Shown: positions 8,710 through 20,151 of the stretch, piece by piece | How the letters are laid out: the number at the start of each line of letters is the position of its first letter | How positions within the stretch are numbered: position 1 is the first letter of the stretch | From: Clostridia bacterium | Lineage (GTDB): Bacteria > Bacillota > Clostridia > Oscillospirales > JAAYXM01 | Length of the DNA stretch: 64,000 nucleotides | Reading direction: 5' to 3' | NCBI GenBank assembly: GCA_017559855.1 | Contig: JAFYQP010000053.1 | Location: forward strand, 27,103 to 91,102 | Translations under genes and position numbers: made by a program | Notes under the pieces: generated by a model | Told to the model about the DNA's origin: nothing | Seen by the model: the letters and a program-made list of their open reading frames with translations, nothing else | The model's database searches: none

Positions 8710-9822
8710 ATGAAAAATCTTACCTTTGCAATTCCCTGCCTTTTCGGTCTTGAGGGCATTGTTGGCAATGAATGTAAACGCCTGAATTTGGCTAATATCA
8801 AAGTAGAAAACGGAAGAGTTCTCTTTACCGGTGACTTTGAAGATATGGCAAAGGCGAATCTTTGGATTCGCTCCGGTGAACGCATCCTTATCCGTCTTGC
8901 CGAATTCCCCTGCAAGAGTTTTTCCGAACTTTTCGACAACGTAAAAGCGATCCGTTGGGAAAACTTTATTCCCAAAGAAGGTGCGTTCCCCGTTAAGGGC
9001 TATGCTCTTCATTCACAACTTCATTCGGTTCCCGATTGTCAAAGCATTGTAAAAAAAGCGGTTGTAGAACGATTAAAAGACGCCTATCATCTTTCATGGT
9101 TTGCAGAAACAGGTGCAAAATATCAGATACAATTCGGTATTTTAAACGATGTTGCAAGCATATATTTAGATACCTCAGGACCGGGACTTCACAAGCGTGG
9201 TTATCGTGCACGTGCAAACGATGCACCTTTAAGAGAAACCCTTGCTGCAGGTATGGTTGATATTGCCCGTTACCGTGGTCGTGAAGTTGTTTACGATCCT
9301 TTCTGCGGCTCCGGCACAATTCTTATTGAAGCGGCTATGATTGCACAGAACAGAGCACCCGGTTTATACCGCCGTTTTGCCGCCGAGTCCTGGGAAAGTT
9401 CCGATAGCAATATGTGGGCAAGTCTCCGTTCCGAGGCGAAGAACAAAATTTTCAAACGTGATTTCCGCCTTATCGGTTCGGACATAGATGAAAATGCACT
9501 TAAAATCGCTATGGGCAATGCGGCAAAAGCCGGCGTTGCGGAATACGTAAGATTCAAAAATTGCGACGTTCTCAAATGGCAACCTGAAAGCGAGTCCGGC
9601 ATTGTTATTACCAACCCGCCCTACGGCGAGAGACTCCTCGACGTTCAAAAAGCAGAGGCACTTTACCGCACTCTAGGTCAGGTAATGCGAAGAAATCCCA
9701 ACTTCCCCACCTATATCATTTCATCGCATCAGGAATTACCGCGTCTTTACGGCAGAAATCCCACAAAACGCCGTAAATTATATAACGGTATGATAAAGTG
9801 TGAATATTATATGTATTATTAG
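8710..9822 (+). CDS. THUMP-domain class I SAM-dependent RNA methyltransferase (RlmL/YpsC-like)
   Basis: 370 aa. DPFCGSGTILIEA SAM-binding motif and NPPYGERL catalytic motif. Confidence 0.8.
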   Translation: MKNLTFAIPCLFGLEGIVGNECKRLNLANIKVENGRVLFTGDFEDMAKANLWIRSGERILIRLAEFPCKSFSELFDNVKAIRWENFIPKEGAFPVKGYALHSQLHSVPDCQSIVKKAVVERLKDAYHLSWFAETGAKYQIQFGILNDVASIYLDTSGPGLHKRGYRARANDAPLRETLAAGMVDIARYRGREVVYDPFCGSGTILIEAAMIAQNRAPGLYRRFAAESWESSDSNMWASLRSEAKNKIFKRDFRLIGSDIDENALKIAMGNAAKAGVAEYVRFKNCDVLKWQPESESGIVITNPPYGERLLDVQKAEALYRTLGQVMRRNPNFPTYIISSHQELPRLYGRNPTKRRKLYNGMIKCEYYMYY

Positions 9823-9857
9823 CGGGTTAATCGTCAAAACTTTTGGCAATTCTGCCC

Positions 9858-9886
9858 TTGACAATATTTGCTTATTGTCTTATTAT
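9858..9886 (+). promoter_or_regulatory. sigmaA promoter of groES-groEL
   Basis: TTGACA (9858-9863), 17-nt spacer, TATTAT (9881-9886). Confidence 0.8.
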
Positions 9887-9897
9887 ATTAGGAGTGT

Positions 9898-11899
<2,002 letters not shown>

Positions 11900-11910
11900 A
11901 CCATAAACAC

Positions 11911-11942
11911 AAAAAGAGCCGAGTGCTACTCGGCTCTTTTTT
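11911..11942 (+). terminator. groEL intrinsic terminator
   Basis: AAAGAGCCGAG-tgcta-CTCGGCTCTTT plus a T-run. Confidence 0.85.
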
Positions 11943-11956
11943 ATAAGGAGTAATTT

Positions 11957-12406
11957 ATGAAAAAGATTCTTTTCGTATGTCACGGCAATATTTGCAGAAG
12001 CCCTATGGCGGAGTTTGTGTTCCGTGATATGGTTAAAAAAGCCGGTCTTTCCGACAAGGTACATATTGCTTCTGCGGCAACAAGTCGTGAAGAGTTGGGA
12101 AATCCCGTACATCACGGGACTGTAGCAAAACTTTCCCCTCTCGGCATTTCTACAAAAGGTAAATATGCGGTACAGATGACAAAAGCGGATTATGATGAAT
12201 ACGACCTCCTCCTGGCAATGGATCAGTACAATATCCGCAATATGCTCCGCATAGTTGGAAGTGATCCTGAACACAAGATTATGCGTTTACTTGATATAAC
12301 AGAGCGTCCTCGTGATATAGCAGACCCTTGGTACACGGGAAATTTCGACGAAACCTACAATGACATTTTTGAAGGGTGCACCGCTTTACTCAAAAAACTC
12401 TTTTAA
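11957..12406 (+). CDS. low-molecular-weight protein-tyrosine phosphatase (YfkJ-like)
   Basis: P-loop VCHGNICRSPMAE (C-x5-R-S) and the DPWYTGNF Asp loop. Confidence 0.85.
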   Translation: MKKILFVCHGNICRSPMAEFVFRDMVKKAGLSDKVHIASAATSREELGNPVHHGTVAKLSPLGISTKGKYAVQMTKADYDEYDLLLAMDQYNIRNMLRIVGSDPEHKIMRLLDITERPRDIADPWYTGNFDETYNDIFEGCTALLKKLF

Positions 12407-12958
12407 AAAATTTGTTGATGTAAAGGTGCAAAATATCAATAGACTCGGTGACATACTGTAATTCACGGTAACAAAAACACCCAAGGCAACGATACCGAGT
12501 GCTGACATCGCATTTAACGCCCTGCTTATTCTCTGTTGCCATAACTCATCCAGAAACAAAAGCGACAGATATTTAATTACAGAGCCGCCATCCAACGGTA
12601 GTGCCGGAATCAAATTAAACAGGGTTAAAATCATACTAAATCCTGCAATAGTGTAGTTTCCCATGAAACTTGATAAAAGCCCGAAAATCGCCCCTGCAAG
12701 AGGCCCTGCAAGGGCGATTATTATTTCCCTCTTATAACTTAGTATCGGATACAATTTCATCTGAATTCTTGCCCCGAATGATCCTAAATATATGTTGTCT
12801 ATCTTCCCTTTACACAGTTTGATTGCGACTATATGACCAAGTTCATGGACGGTTGCCGCAATAAGTGCCAGAAAAAACAGTCCGTCGCTATCTATTACAT
12901 AGAATACGGCAATGAGTAGAATGAAATCAAAGCCGACAAAGAACTTACCTATCCTCAT
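12386..12958 (-). CDS. M50 site-2 protease, SpoIVFB-like but short (no CBS domain)
   Basis: 190 aa and polytopic. HELGH zinc motif and NLIPALPLDGG motif. The ATGA overlap with the upstream M23 gene suggests translational coupling. Confidence 0.7.
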   Translation of the reverse strand: MRIGKFFVGFDFILLIAVFYVIDSDGLFFLALIAATVHELGHIVAIKLCKGKIDNIYLGSFGARIQMKLYPILSYKREIIIALAGPLAGAIFGLLSSFMGNYTIAGFSMILTLFNLIPALPLDGGSVIKYLSLLFLDELWQQRISRALNAMSALGIVALGVFVTVNYSMSPSLLIFCTFTSTNFLKEFFE

Positions 12959-13719
12959 AATTTTATATAATGTGCGGGATTTAAGCGTTTCTTGCCATTT
13001 CGCACTTCAAAATGCAGATGTGGTCCGGTTGACATTCCCGTAGTGCCCACCTCTGCTATTTTTTGACCTTTTTTAACTTTCACACCGCTTTTTACTGTAA
13101 GTTTGGAATTGTGGCCATAAAACGAACGTATGCCGCCCGTATGCTCCACTAAGACATAGTTGCCATATGTATCATTATATTTAGCCTCAAGCACTCTGCC
13201 ATCGGCAAAGCAACACACTGCGGTTCCACTTTTTGCCGCTATATCAATTCCGGTATGAAAACTTGCATCTTCAATTATCGGGTGGTCTCGATAGCCATAT
13301 TTGGAGGTAACTTTTCCGCTTAGGGGTTTGACGTACGGAAAGGTTATTTCCACCTTGTTATAACTGCAATATGATGGCGGAGGAATACGAAAGGTTTCTG
13401 CTTTTGTATCGTCGTGCAGTTCCTCATCGCTCATTTGAAAAGAGAGTGCTTCAATGGCACTCTCATCAATTTCAATTTCTGTTTTAACCTCTTCCGTACT
13501 CTCTTTTTCTTCGAATACTTCTACAATTTCTTCATCGTCAAACATTTTCCCTACCGCACTTACCGCTTCCTTGTAATTTAAATCGCCATTTACCAATTCT
13601 CCGATCTGCAAACCCATATCTGGCGAAAAAGTTTTAAGCAAGAATGCAGTTATCACAATAAGTGCCGCAAGTGTTAGTTTAATTGCAAAAATCTTTGATT
13701 TGCGTTTTTCTTTTTTCAT
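12955..13719 (-). CDS. membrane-anchored M23/LytM metallopeptidase (SpoIVFA position)
   Basis: The start is placed at ATG 13719 (MKKEKRKSK), downstream of the gpsA terminator. ATG 13728 is also possible. One TM helix. HTGIDIAA and HLHFEV catalytic motifs are intact. Confidence 0.7.
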   Translation of the reverse strand: MKKEKRKSKIFAIKLTLAALIVITAFLLKTFSPDMGLQIGELVNGDLNYKEAVSAVGKMFDDEEIVEVFEEKESTEEVKTEIEIDESAIEALSFQMSDEELHDDTKAETFRIPPPSYCSYNKVEITFPYVKPLSGKVTSKYGYRDHPIIEDASFHTGIDIAAKSGTAVCCFADGRVLEAKYNDTYGNYVLVEHTGGIRSFYGHNSKLTVKSGVKVKKGQKIAEVGTTGMSTGPHLHFEVRNGKKRLNPAHYIKL

Positions 13720-13739
13720 ATATGCCATCACCCGTAAAC

Positions 13740-13768
13740 AATATATGAAAAAAAGAGGTGGCATATGC
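13740..13768 (-). promoter_or_regulatory. candidate sigmaE-type promoter for the M23/M50 operon
   Basis: Minus strand reads GCATATG-N14-CATATATT, compared with the B. subtilis sigmaE consensus ZHATAXX-14-CATACAHT. The -35 element sits in the loop/centre of the gpsA terminator hairpin. Confidence 0.45.
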
Positions 13769-13776
13769 CACCTCTT
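13748..13776 (-). terminator. gpsA intrinsic terminator
   Basis: Perfect palindrome AGAGGTGGCATATGCCACCTCT (13754-13775) followed on the minus strand by a T-run. Confidence 0.8.
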
Positions 13777-14797
13777 ACCATTTGATATGTTTCATCCAAA
13801 CCTCTTCGGTCTCACTCTTTTTTCCTCGGCTCATAAGGGAATGCATCATTTCCTTAGGAGACTTGCCGTTATATAAAACATCGTATGCCGCCTGAGTTAT
13901 GGGCATCTCAATACCCGTTTTTTCAGCAAGTGCCATACCTGTTTGAGTTGCGTAGTAACCCTCTACAACGGCACCGATTTGCTTTACCGCCTCCTCAGGA
14001 GATACGCCCTGACCGATAAGGATACCTGCACGGCGATTTCTTGAGTGCATTGACGTACAAGTAACTATAAGGTCACCAACACCTGCAAGGCCTGCAAAGG
14101 TTTCACTTGCACCGCCTAACGCAACACCAAGTCGTGCCATTTCTGTAAGGCCGCGTGTCATAAGTGCCGCTTTGGTATTGTCGCCAAGTCCCATACCGTC
14201 ACAAATACCCGCACAAAGTGCAATTACATTTTTAAGAGCAGCACCAAGTTCAACGCCAACCATATCGGGGGTTATATATACACGGAAACGGTCGTTCATA
14301 AACACGTTCTGCACGGTTTCTGCAATTTCTTTTTCTTTACTTGCTACAACAACCGTTGTAGGGATTCGTCTGCCGACCTCTTCTGCGTGCGATGGGCCGG
14401 AAAGAATTACAACTTCAGCATTGTCTCCGAGTTTTTCTTCAATTACCTCACTAAGGCGTTTGCCGCTATCTCTATCTATACCCTTGGATACATTTACCAC
14501 GATTGTACCGGGAGTGATGATTTTCGCTAAATTCTCAGCCGTTTTGGAAACCGCAAAGGACGGTGTTGCCATAACAATAAGTTCGGCATCACGCGCTAAA
14601 TTCATATCATCTGTTAGTGATAAATTTTCCGGAAATTTAACACCGGGTAAGAATTGCTTGTTTTCCCTGTCACGCTCAAGGGTTTTGTACTCTTCATTGA
14701 GAAATGACCACAACGTGACGTCATTGCCGTTTTCAGCTAACATAATGGCAAGTGCACTACCCCAGCCGCCACTGCCGAGAACCATTATTTTCATCAC
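13775..14797 (-). CDS. gpsA: NAD(P)H-dependent glycerol-3-phosphate dehydrogenase
   Basis: MKIMVLGSGGWGSALA Rossmann N-terminus; 340 aa; family-typical throughout. Confidence 0.93.
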   Translation of the reverse strand: MMKIMVLGSGGWGSALAIMLAENGNDVTLWSFLNEEYKTLERDRENKQFLPGVKFPENLSLTDDMNLARDAELIVMATPSFAVSKTAENLAKIITPGTIVVNVSKGIDRDSGKRLSEVIEEKLGDNAEVVILSGPSHAEEVGRRIPTTVVVASKEKEIAETVQNVFMNDRFRVYITPDMVGVELGAALKNVIALCAGICDGMGLGDNTKAALMTRGLTEMARLGVALGGASETFAGLAGVGDLIVTCTSMHSRNRRAGILIGQGVSPEEAVKQIGAVVEGYYATQTGMALAEKTGIEMPITQAAYDVLYNGKSPKEMMHSLMSRGKKSETEEVWMKHIKW

Positions 14798-15423
14798 TTG
14801 TCACCCTTTCTCTTAAATGAAAATTTACTTTCAGTACCTTTTATAAGGCGTCCGATATTTGAGCGATGCATAAAAATTACAAGTGCCGCAGTTACAAATG
14901 CGATTGCAAAAAACTTAAAGTCATATCCGCAAATAAGAAATGCAACAGGAAGCATTGCCGCCGCACAAACCGATGCAAGGGATACGAATTTACAAATAAG
15001 AACTACAATAATAAACGTTCCTAAAATTATGGCAAGAATTCGAATATCGAACACGCCGAAAACTGCCGCTGCGGTCAGGATTCCTTTTCCGCCTTTAAAG
15101 CCGAAGAAAATCGGAAATATGTGACCTACAATGGCAAACGTGGCGGCAATCATTTTGCCCATACCACCGAAATTTCCCATTTCGCCAAACATAAATCCTG
15201 CTATAAGCACGGCAATTATACCTTTTAAAAGATCACCCGCCATAACGAGAAGGGTTTTCTTGCCGCCCATCATACGGTAAGAGTTTGTACTACCTGCGTT
15301 TCCGCTTCCAAACTCACGAATATCCTTGCCCATAAAGAGTTTGGATACAATAATGGACGAATTGACGCTTCCTAAAAGATAGGAAATAACAATTACTATA
15401 ACATATTTAAGCGTCAATGACAT
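14794..15423 (-). CDS. plsY: glycerol-3-phosphate acyltransferase PlsY
   Basis: 209-aa polytopic protein. GSGNAGSTN and FKGGKG motifs. Confidence 0.92.
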   Translation of the reverse strand: MSLTLKYVIVIVISYLLGSVNSSIIVSKLFMGKDIREFGSGNAGSTNSYRMMGGKKTLLVMAGDLLKGIIAVLIAGFMFGEMGNFGGMGKMIAATFAIVGHIFPIFFGFKGGKGILTAAAVFGVFDIRILAIILGTFIIVVLICKFVSLASVCAAAMLPVAFLICGYDFKFFAIAFVTAALVIFMHRSNIGRLIKGTESKFSFKRKGDK

Positions 15424-15425
15424 AA

Positions 15426-16751
15426 TTACTTATCCCCTTTCTGACGGATAACAATACGCACCGGTGTTCCCTCTAAACCGAAGGTCTCACGGATACGATT
15501 TTCAAGGTAACGCTGATATGAGAAATGGAAAAGTTCCGCATCGTTACAGAACATAACAAAGTTCGGTGGCTTAACACCGGTCTGAGTTATGTAGTAAACC
15601 TTAAGGCGTTTACCCCTATCGGTAGGCGGTTGCACGCGTGCAGTAGCATCCGCAAGAACGTTGTTTAGCATACCGGTTGTAACACGCATACAACTCATTT
15701 CGTACACGTGATTTACCATTTCGTAAAGTTTATGGACTCTCTGTCCTGTTTTTGCTGAAATGAACAGAATAGGAGCATAAGGCATAAACGCAAGTTCACG
15801 TCTTATATCCTCTGTCATCTTCTGCATAGTCTTATCGTCTTTTTCCACAATATCCCATTTATTTACCACAATAATTGATGCCTTGCCCGCTTCATGAGCG
15901 ATACCTGCAATTTTGGTGTCCTGTTCGGTTACACCCTCTGTTGCATCAATCATAATAAGGCAAACGTCTGCACGGTCAACCGCAAGTGTTGAGCGGAGCA
16001 CGGAGAATTTTTCAATTTCATCGGTTACACGGGATTTGCGTCTTATACCTGCGGTATCAATTATCGTATATCTGCCGTGCTCATTTTCAAAATATGAGTC
16101 TACCGCATCCCTTGTCGTGCCGGGAACGTCACTTACGATAACTCGCTCTTCACCTAAAATCTGGTTGGTGAGGGATGATTTTCCCGCATTTGGTTTGCCG
16201 ATAACCGCAATGTTTATAATATCGTCTTCCTCGTCTTCATCCTCGTCCTTCGGCGGGAAATATTCAACACAAGCATCCAAAAGATCGCCCGTACCGTGGC
16301 CGTGGAGTGCAGAAACCGGAATAGGATCACCCAAGCCTAAATTATAGAACTCGTAAAGTTCTGCAGGCGGATCACCGATTTTATCCGCTTTATTAACCGC
16401 AAGGATTACCGGTTTTTTAGAACGCAGAAGCATATTTGCAACATCTTTATCCGCTGCCGTCATACCGGTTTTAAGATCGGTCATCAAGACGATAACATCT
16501 GCATTTTCAATAGCGATAAGTGCCTGCTCACGCATAAATTTTAAAATTTGATTATCTGAATGCGGCTCGATACCGCCTGTATCAACAAGAACAAAATCTC
16601 TGCCGTTCCAATCGCATTCCGAATACAAACGGTCACGGGTAACACCGGGGGTATCCTCTACAATTGACATACGTTTACCCACTAATTTATTAAACATCAT
16701 TGACTTACCCACATTGGGACGACCAACGATAGCCACCATTGGTTTTGCCAT
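15426..16751 (-). CDS. der: ribosome biogenesis GTPase Der (EngA)
   Basis: AAGGAGG RBS then ATG 16751 (MAKPMVAIVGRPNVGKS). Second G-domain GKPNAGKSS. KH-like C-terminus. Confidence 0.95.
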   Translation of the reverse strand: MAKPMVAIVGRPNVGKSMMFNKLVGKRMSIVEDTPGVTRDRLYSECDWNGRDFVLVDTGGIEPHSDNQILKFMREQALIAIENADVIVLMTDLKTGMTAADKDVANMLLRSKKPVILAVNKADKIGDPPAELYEFYNLGLGDPIPVSALHGHGTGDLLDACVEYFPPKDEDEDEEDDIINIAVIGKPNAGKSSLTNQILGEERVIVSDVPGTTRDAVDSYFENEHGRYTIIDTAGIRRKSRVTDEIEKFSVLRSTLAVDRADVCLIMIDATEGVTEQDTKIAGIAHEAGKASIIVVNKWDIVEKDDKTMQKMTEDIRRELAFMPYAPILFISAKTGQRVHKLYEMVNHVYEMSCMRVTTGMLNNVLADATARVQPPTDRGKRLKVYYITQTGVKPPNFVMFCNDAELFHFSYQRYLENRIRETFGLEGTPVRIVIRQKGDK

Positions 16752-16774
16752 TGGACAGCACCTCCTTTTCAAAA

Positions 16775-18064
16775 CTACTCCCCGATAATTAAATCGAGAA
16801 GTTCAAAACCGTCACTCGGCGTGGGAATAACCTTGACACCAAGAGACTTTTCCACATCATCTATAGTTACATCATCTAAAAAAACATTGGTTTTATGGCG
16901 AAGCATAACATCGGGAATAAAAACCCTTTCGCCAACAACATTGCCATCAAGGGCGGATATTAAATCCCCGCCTGTTACAAGGCCCGCCACGTTAACAGTA
17001 TCACCAAAGAATTTGTTTTCAACCGCTATCACTTTATATCTAAATCTATTATCACACTTTTTGCTCAGTTCGTCAATGAGTTTTGACATAAACGGAGCGG
17101 CAGACGTTCCGGTTGCAATCGTAAAATCGGAAATCTCGCACTCATCCATCAATCTGAGTGCAGCACTCCATTCATCTTCAAGCAGTGCCATCATACCAAC
17201 GCCGTTTTCAAGTTGGGGAAACTCTTCATAAAATTCAGAGTCGGGTATTTTACGTTCTGCTTTAATGTAGAGTTCGTCTCCGCAGTACACGATGCGCGTG
17301 CCGTATTTCTCGACACATTTATCACCTACCGCGTTCACCATATCAAGAATTTCAGCGGCTTTTACTTTATCAACAGGTGTTAACGGATAAAGCCCTTCAC
17401 GGTACTTAGTGATGCCGACCGGCACAACGGAAATACTGTTTACTGAAGGGGCAAGGGCAATAAGTTCATCCAATGATTTTTGCAAAATTGCACCGTCATT
17501 TACTCCGGGGCAAATAACAAGTTGGCAATTAAGCGTAAGTTTCGCCTCAGCAAAGCGACGCATTATGTTCATACACTCACCTGCTCTTGGATTGCCGAGC
17601 ATAAGGCGGCGTACATCGGGATCGGTTGCCTGTACGGAAATATTTATAGGCGACAGACGCATTGTGATCAAACGTTCAATATCGTCCTCGCTTAAATTGG
17701 TAAGTGAAATATAATTTCCCATCAAAAATGACATACGAGCGTCGTCATCTTTAAAATAAAGAGTCTCACGCATATTTGGCGGAAGTTGGTCGATAAAGCA
17801 GAAAATGCACTTGTTTGCACATCTTTTCTGCTTGTCCATAAGATAGGTTTCAAAATTAAGACCCAAATCTTCTCCTTCACCTTTTTTTATCGTTACACAG
17901 CGTGTATCAAGTGTCAGAGTTATCTCTTGCTCATAGGAGTAGAATTTATAGTCGAGCACGTCACGGATTGTGTGTCCGTCAATGGAGAGCAGTATCTCAC
18001 CTGCATTTATTTTCGCACGATCTGCAGGACTCCCACAATCTACGCTAATAATTTTTGCACCCAT
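16775..18064 (-). CDS. DUF512 / PDZ-domain radical-SAM-like protein
   Basis: AAGGAGG RBS then ATG 18064 (MGAKIISVD). CANKCIFCF Cys cluster. Conserved position upstream of der. Confidence 0.75.
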   Translation of the reverse strand: MGAKIISVDCGSPADRAKINAGEILLSIDGHTIRDVLDYKFYSYEQEITLTLDTRCVTIKKGEGEDLGLNFETYLMDKQKRCANKCIFCFIDQLPPNMRETLYFKDDDARMSFLMGNYISLTNLSEDDIERLITMRLSPINISVQATDPDVRRLMLGNPRAGECMNIMRRFAEAKLTLNCQLVICPGVNDGAILQKSLDELIALAPSVNSISVVPVGITKYREGLYPLTPVDKVKAAEILDMVNAVGDKCVEKYGTRIVYCGDELYIKAERKIPDSEFYEEFPQLENGVGMMALLEDEWSAALRLMDECEISDFTIATGTSAAPFMSKLIDELSKKCDNRFRYKVIAVENKFFGDTVNVAGLVTGGDLISALDGNVVGERVFIPDVMLRHKTNVFLDDVTIDDVEKSLGVKVIPTPSDGFELLDLIIGE

Positions 18065-18165
18065 CTCATTCACCTCCTTACAGAAAAAATAGAGGGGGAC
18101 AAAATATCATCCACCTCTACCCTTTTTATACCATAAACCAAATACGCACAAGGCGTGTGTCACAC

Positions 18166-18345
18166 TTACTTTGCCTCAACAACCTGGCGATCGTTGTAGA
18201 ATCCGCAAGCCTTACAAGCTCTGTGGGATAATCTCATCGCACCGCACTTCGGACACGCAGAAATTCCCGGTAAGGACAACTTCCAGTGTGCATTACGATT
18301 CATGTCGCGTCTGGATTTGGAATGTTTTCTCTTTGGTACTGCCAT
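18166..18345 (-). CDS. rpmF: 50S ribosomal protein L32
   Basis: Own translation (below the ORF-track cutoff): MAVPKRKHSKSRRDMNRNAHWKLSLPGISACPKCGAMRLSHRACKACGFYNDRQVVEAK. AAGGAGG RBS. Confidence 0.95.
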   Translation of the reverse strand: MAVPKRKHSKSRRDMNRNAHWKLSLPGISACPKCGAMRLSHRACKACGFYNDRQVVEAK

Positions 18346-18381
18346 GAGTGGACACCTCCTTAGGGTTTTGTTACGTAATTT

Positions 18382-18867
18382 TTATTCGTCAAGCAGTTCA
18401 AGCAACTTGGAAAGTCGTGGGTCAATTTCTTTCTTAGTGCAACTGCAATCTGACTCGTTTAAGTTTGTACCGCATTTAGGACATAAGCCTTTACAATCTT
18501 CCCTACACAAGTTCTTCGTCGGCATTTCAAGGATGAACGTCGATGCCGCAAGTTCATCAGGAACAAACTCGTCATTCTCACAGACGATGATTCCGTCATC
18601 CTCCTCGCCTTCAATACTGTCGGCAAGAACCGCTTCAAACTCTACCGTGTGCATACGAGCAATGGAATCAAGACAACGGTCACAAACCGTTACAATCTCT
18701 GCCTCCATCGTCATATTGAGTATAAGGTATCCCGCACGATTTTTAATATCTCCGGTAACCTTAACATCACTTGGAACCGTGGGCTCACGATCAACTATAG
18801 AGATGTTAAACGAAAAAGGAATATGTGCACCAATTTCATGTTTTATGGGCCTTAAATCAATTTTCAT
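18382..18867 (-). CDS. yceD: YceD/DUF177 family protein (ribosome-associated, upstream of rpmF)
   Basis: GAGGTG RBS then ATG 18867. C-terminal CREDCKGLCPKCGTNLN Cys cluster. Conserved yceD-rpmF pairing. Confidence 0.85.
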   Translation of the reverse strand: MKIDLRPIKHEIGAHIPFSFNISIVDREPTVPSDVKVTGDIKNRAGYLILNMTMEAEIVTVCDRCLDSIARMHTVEFEAVLADSIEGEEDDGIIVCENDEFVPDELAASTFILEMPTKNLCREDCKGLCPKCGTNLNESDCSCTKKEIDPRLSKLLELLDE

Positions 18868-18896
18868 AACACACCTCGCATAATGGTACAACTGGT

Positions 18897-18925
18897 ATTA
18901 TACTGTTATTTTACTCATTTGTCAA
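18897..18925 (-). promoter_or_regulatory. consensus sigmaA promoter of yceD-rpmF
   Basis: Minus strand reads TTGACA-17 nt-TATAAT, both hexamers perfect. Confidence 0.75.
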
Positions 18926-18999
18926 GATTTTTCTTTGAATTTCTTTGAAAATATGCTATTATAATTTTAACAAATATTTTTTGATTTTCGGAGTATTTT

Positions 19000-19953
19000 A
19001 TGAAAGATTTCATTATAGGTAAAAATGATGCCGATCAGCGACTTGACAAGTTCATATTAAAAGTGTGCCCTCGCCTGCCGAGTAATCTTATGCAAAAGTA
19101 TATTCGTTTAAAACGCATCAAGGTTAACAAAAAACGTGCAGAGCGTGATTTACGCTTAAATATCGGAGATTTAGTGGAAATGTACGTAAACGACGAGTTC
19201 TTCGAGGAAATTCCCGCCGACAAAAAGTACCTAAACCTAAAACCGCAGTTAAATATAGTCTACGAGGACGAAAACATACTGCTTTTAGATAAGCGGCCGG
19301 GCATTTCCGTGCACGAGGATGAAGATAAGTCTCGCGACACCTTAATCGACCACATTCAGGCGTATTTGTATCAGAAGAATGAATGGAACCCTGATGATGA
19401 AAACTCCTTTGCACCCGCACTTTGCAACCGTATTGACCGAAACACGGGAGGCATTGTAATCGCCGCAAAAAATGCACCCGCACTACGTGTAATGAATGAG
19501 AAGATTAAACTCAGGGAAATGAAAAAATGCTATCTTTGCATTGTTTCAGGTACTCTCAATCCCAAAAGCGGAAAACTTGAGGGCTTTTTATGGAAAGATG
19601 CAAAGAAAAACCAAGTTTATGTGAAAAAAACCAGAACACCCGGTGCCAAAAGTGCCGCTCTCATTTATAAAACGTTAAAGGTCAGAGGGGATCTTTCCCT
19701 TGTGGAATGTGAACTAATTACCGGCCGTACCCACCAAATAAGAGCACAGATGGCAGATGCAGGACATCCCCTGCTCGGCGACGGAAAATACGGCGACTAT
19801 GCTTTAAATAAAAAATACAAAAGGCAAATACAGGCACTCTATTCCTATAAACTTACCTTTGATTTCAAAACAGATGCCGGATGTCTTGCATACCTAAACG
19901 GAAAGACCTTCAAAGTCCAAGACGTTGATTTTGTAACAGAATATTTTGCATAA
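19000..19953 (+). CDS. RluA-family pseudouridine synthase (S4 domain + catalytic domain)
   Basis: 317 aa. NRIDRNTGGIV (catalytic Asp) and GRTHQIRAQ motifs. Confidence 0.88.
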   Translation: MKDFIIGKNDADQRLDKFILKVCPRLPSNLMQKYIRLKRIKVNKKRAERDLRLNIGDLVEMYVNDEFFEEIPADKKYLNLKPQLNIVYEDENILLLDKRPGISVHEDEDKSRDTLIDHIQAYLYQKNEWNPDDENSFAPALCNRIDRNTGGIVIAAKNAPALRVMNEKIKLREMKKCYLCIVSGTLNPKSGKLEGFLWKDAKKNQVYVKKTRTPGAKSAALIYKTLKVRGDLSLVECELITGRTHQIRAQMADAGHPLLGDGKYGDYALNKKYKRQIQALYSYKLTFDFKTDAGCLAYLNGKTFKVQDVDFVTEYFA

Positions 19954-19955
19954 GA

Positions 19956-19994
19956 AAAAGCGAGGAGAGTTAATTCTCCTCGCTTTTCTTTTTT
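19956..19994. terminator. bidirectional intrinsic terminator
   Basis: GCGAGGAGA-gttaat-TCTCCTCGC flanked by an A-run and a T-run. Confidence 0.8.
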
Positions 19995-20118
19995 AGTCTA
20001 AATATCCGCCGTCGCTACCCCAGTTTTCCGTTGCTCCACCGCCCATATAATACCAATTATAACACTACTACCATATCAAATATCTGTCAATCAAATAACC
20101 GCAAAAACTATAAATAAA

Positions 20119-20151
20119 TAAAAAAACAGACACCGTAAAACGATGTCTGTT
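20119..20151 (-). terminator. terminator downstream of tRNA-Gln
   Basis: Minus strand: ACAGACAtCG-ttta-CGgTGTCTGT-type hairpin followed by TTTTTT. Confidence 0.7.

Noticed and set aside
14172-14816. 214-aa plus-strand ORF opposite gpsA; similar cases at 18302-18883 (opposite yceD) and 15913-16347 (opposite der)
   Set aside because: These are Ser/Thr/Pro-rich antisense translations of conserved genes with no start context.
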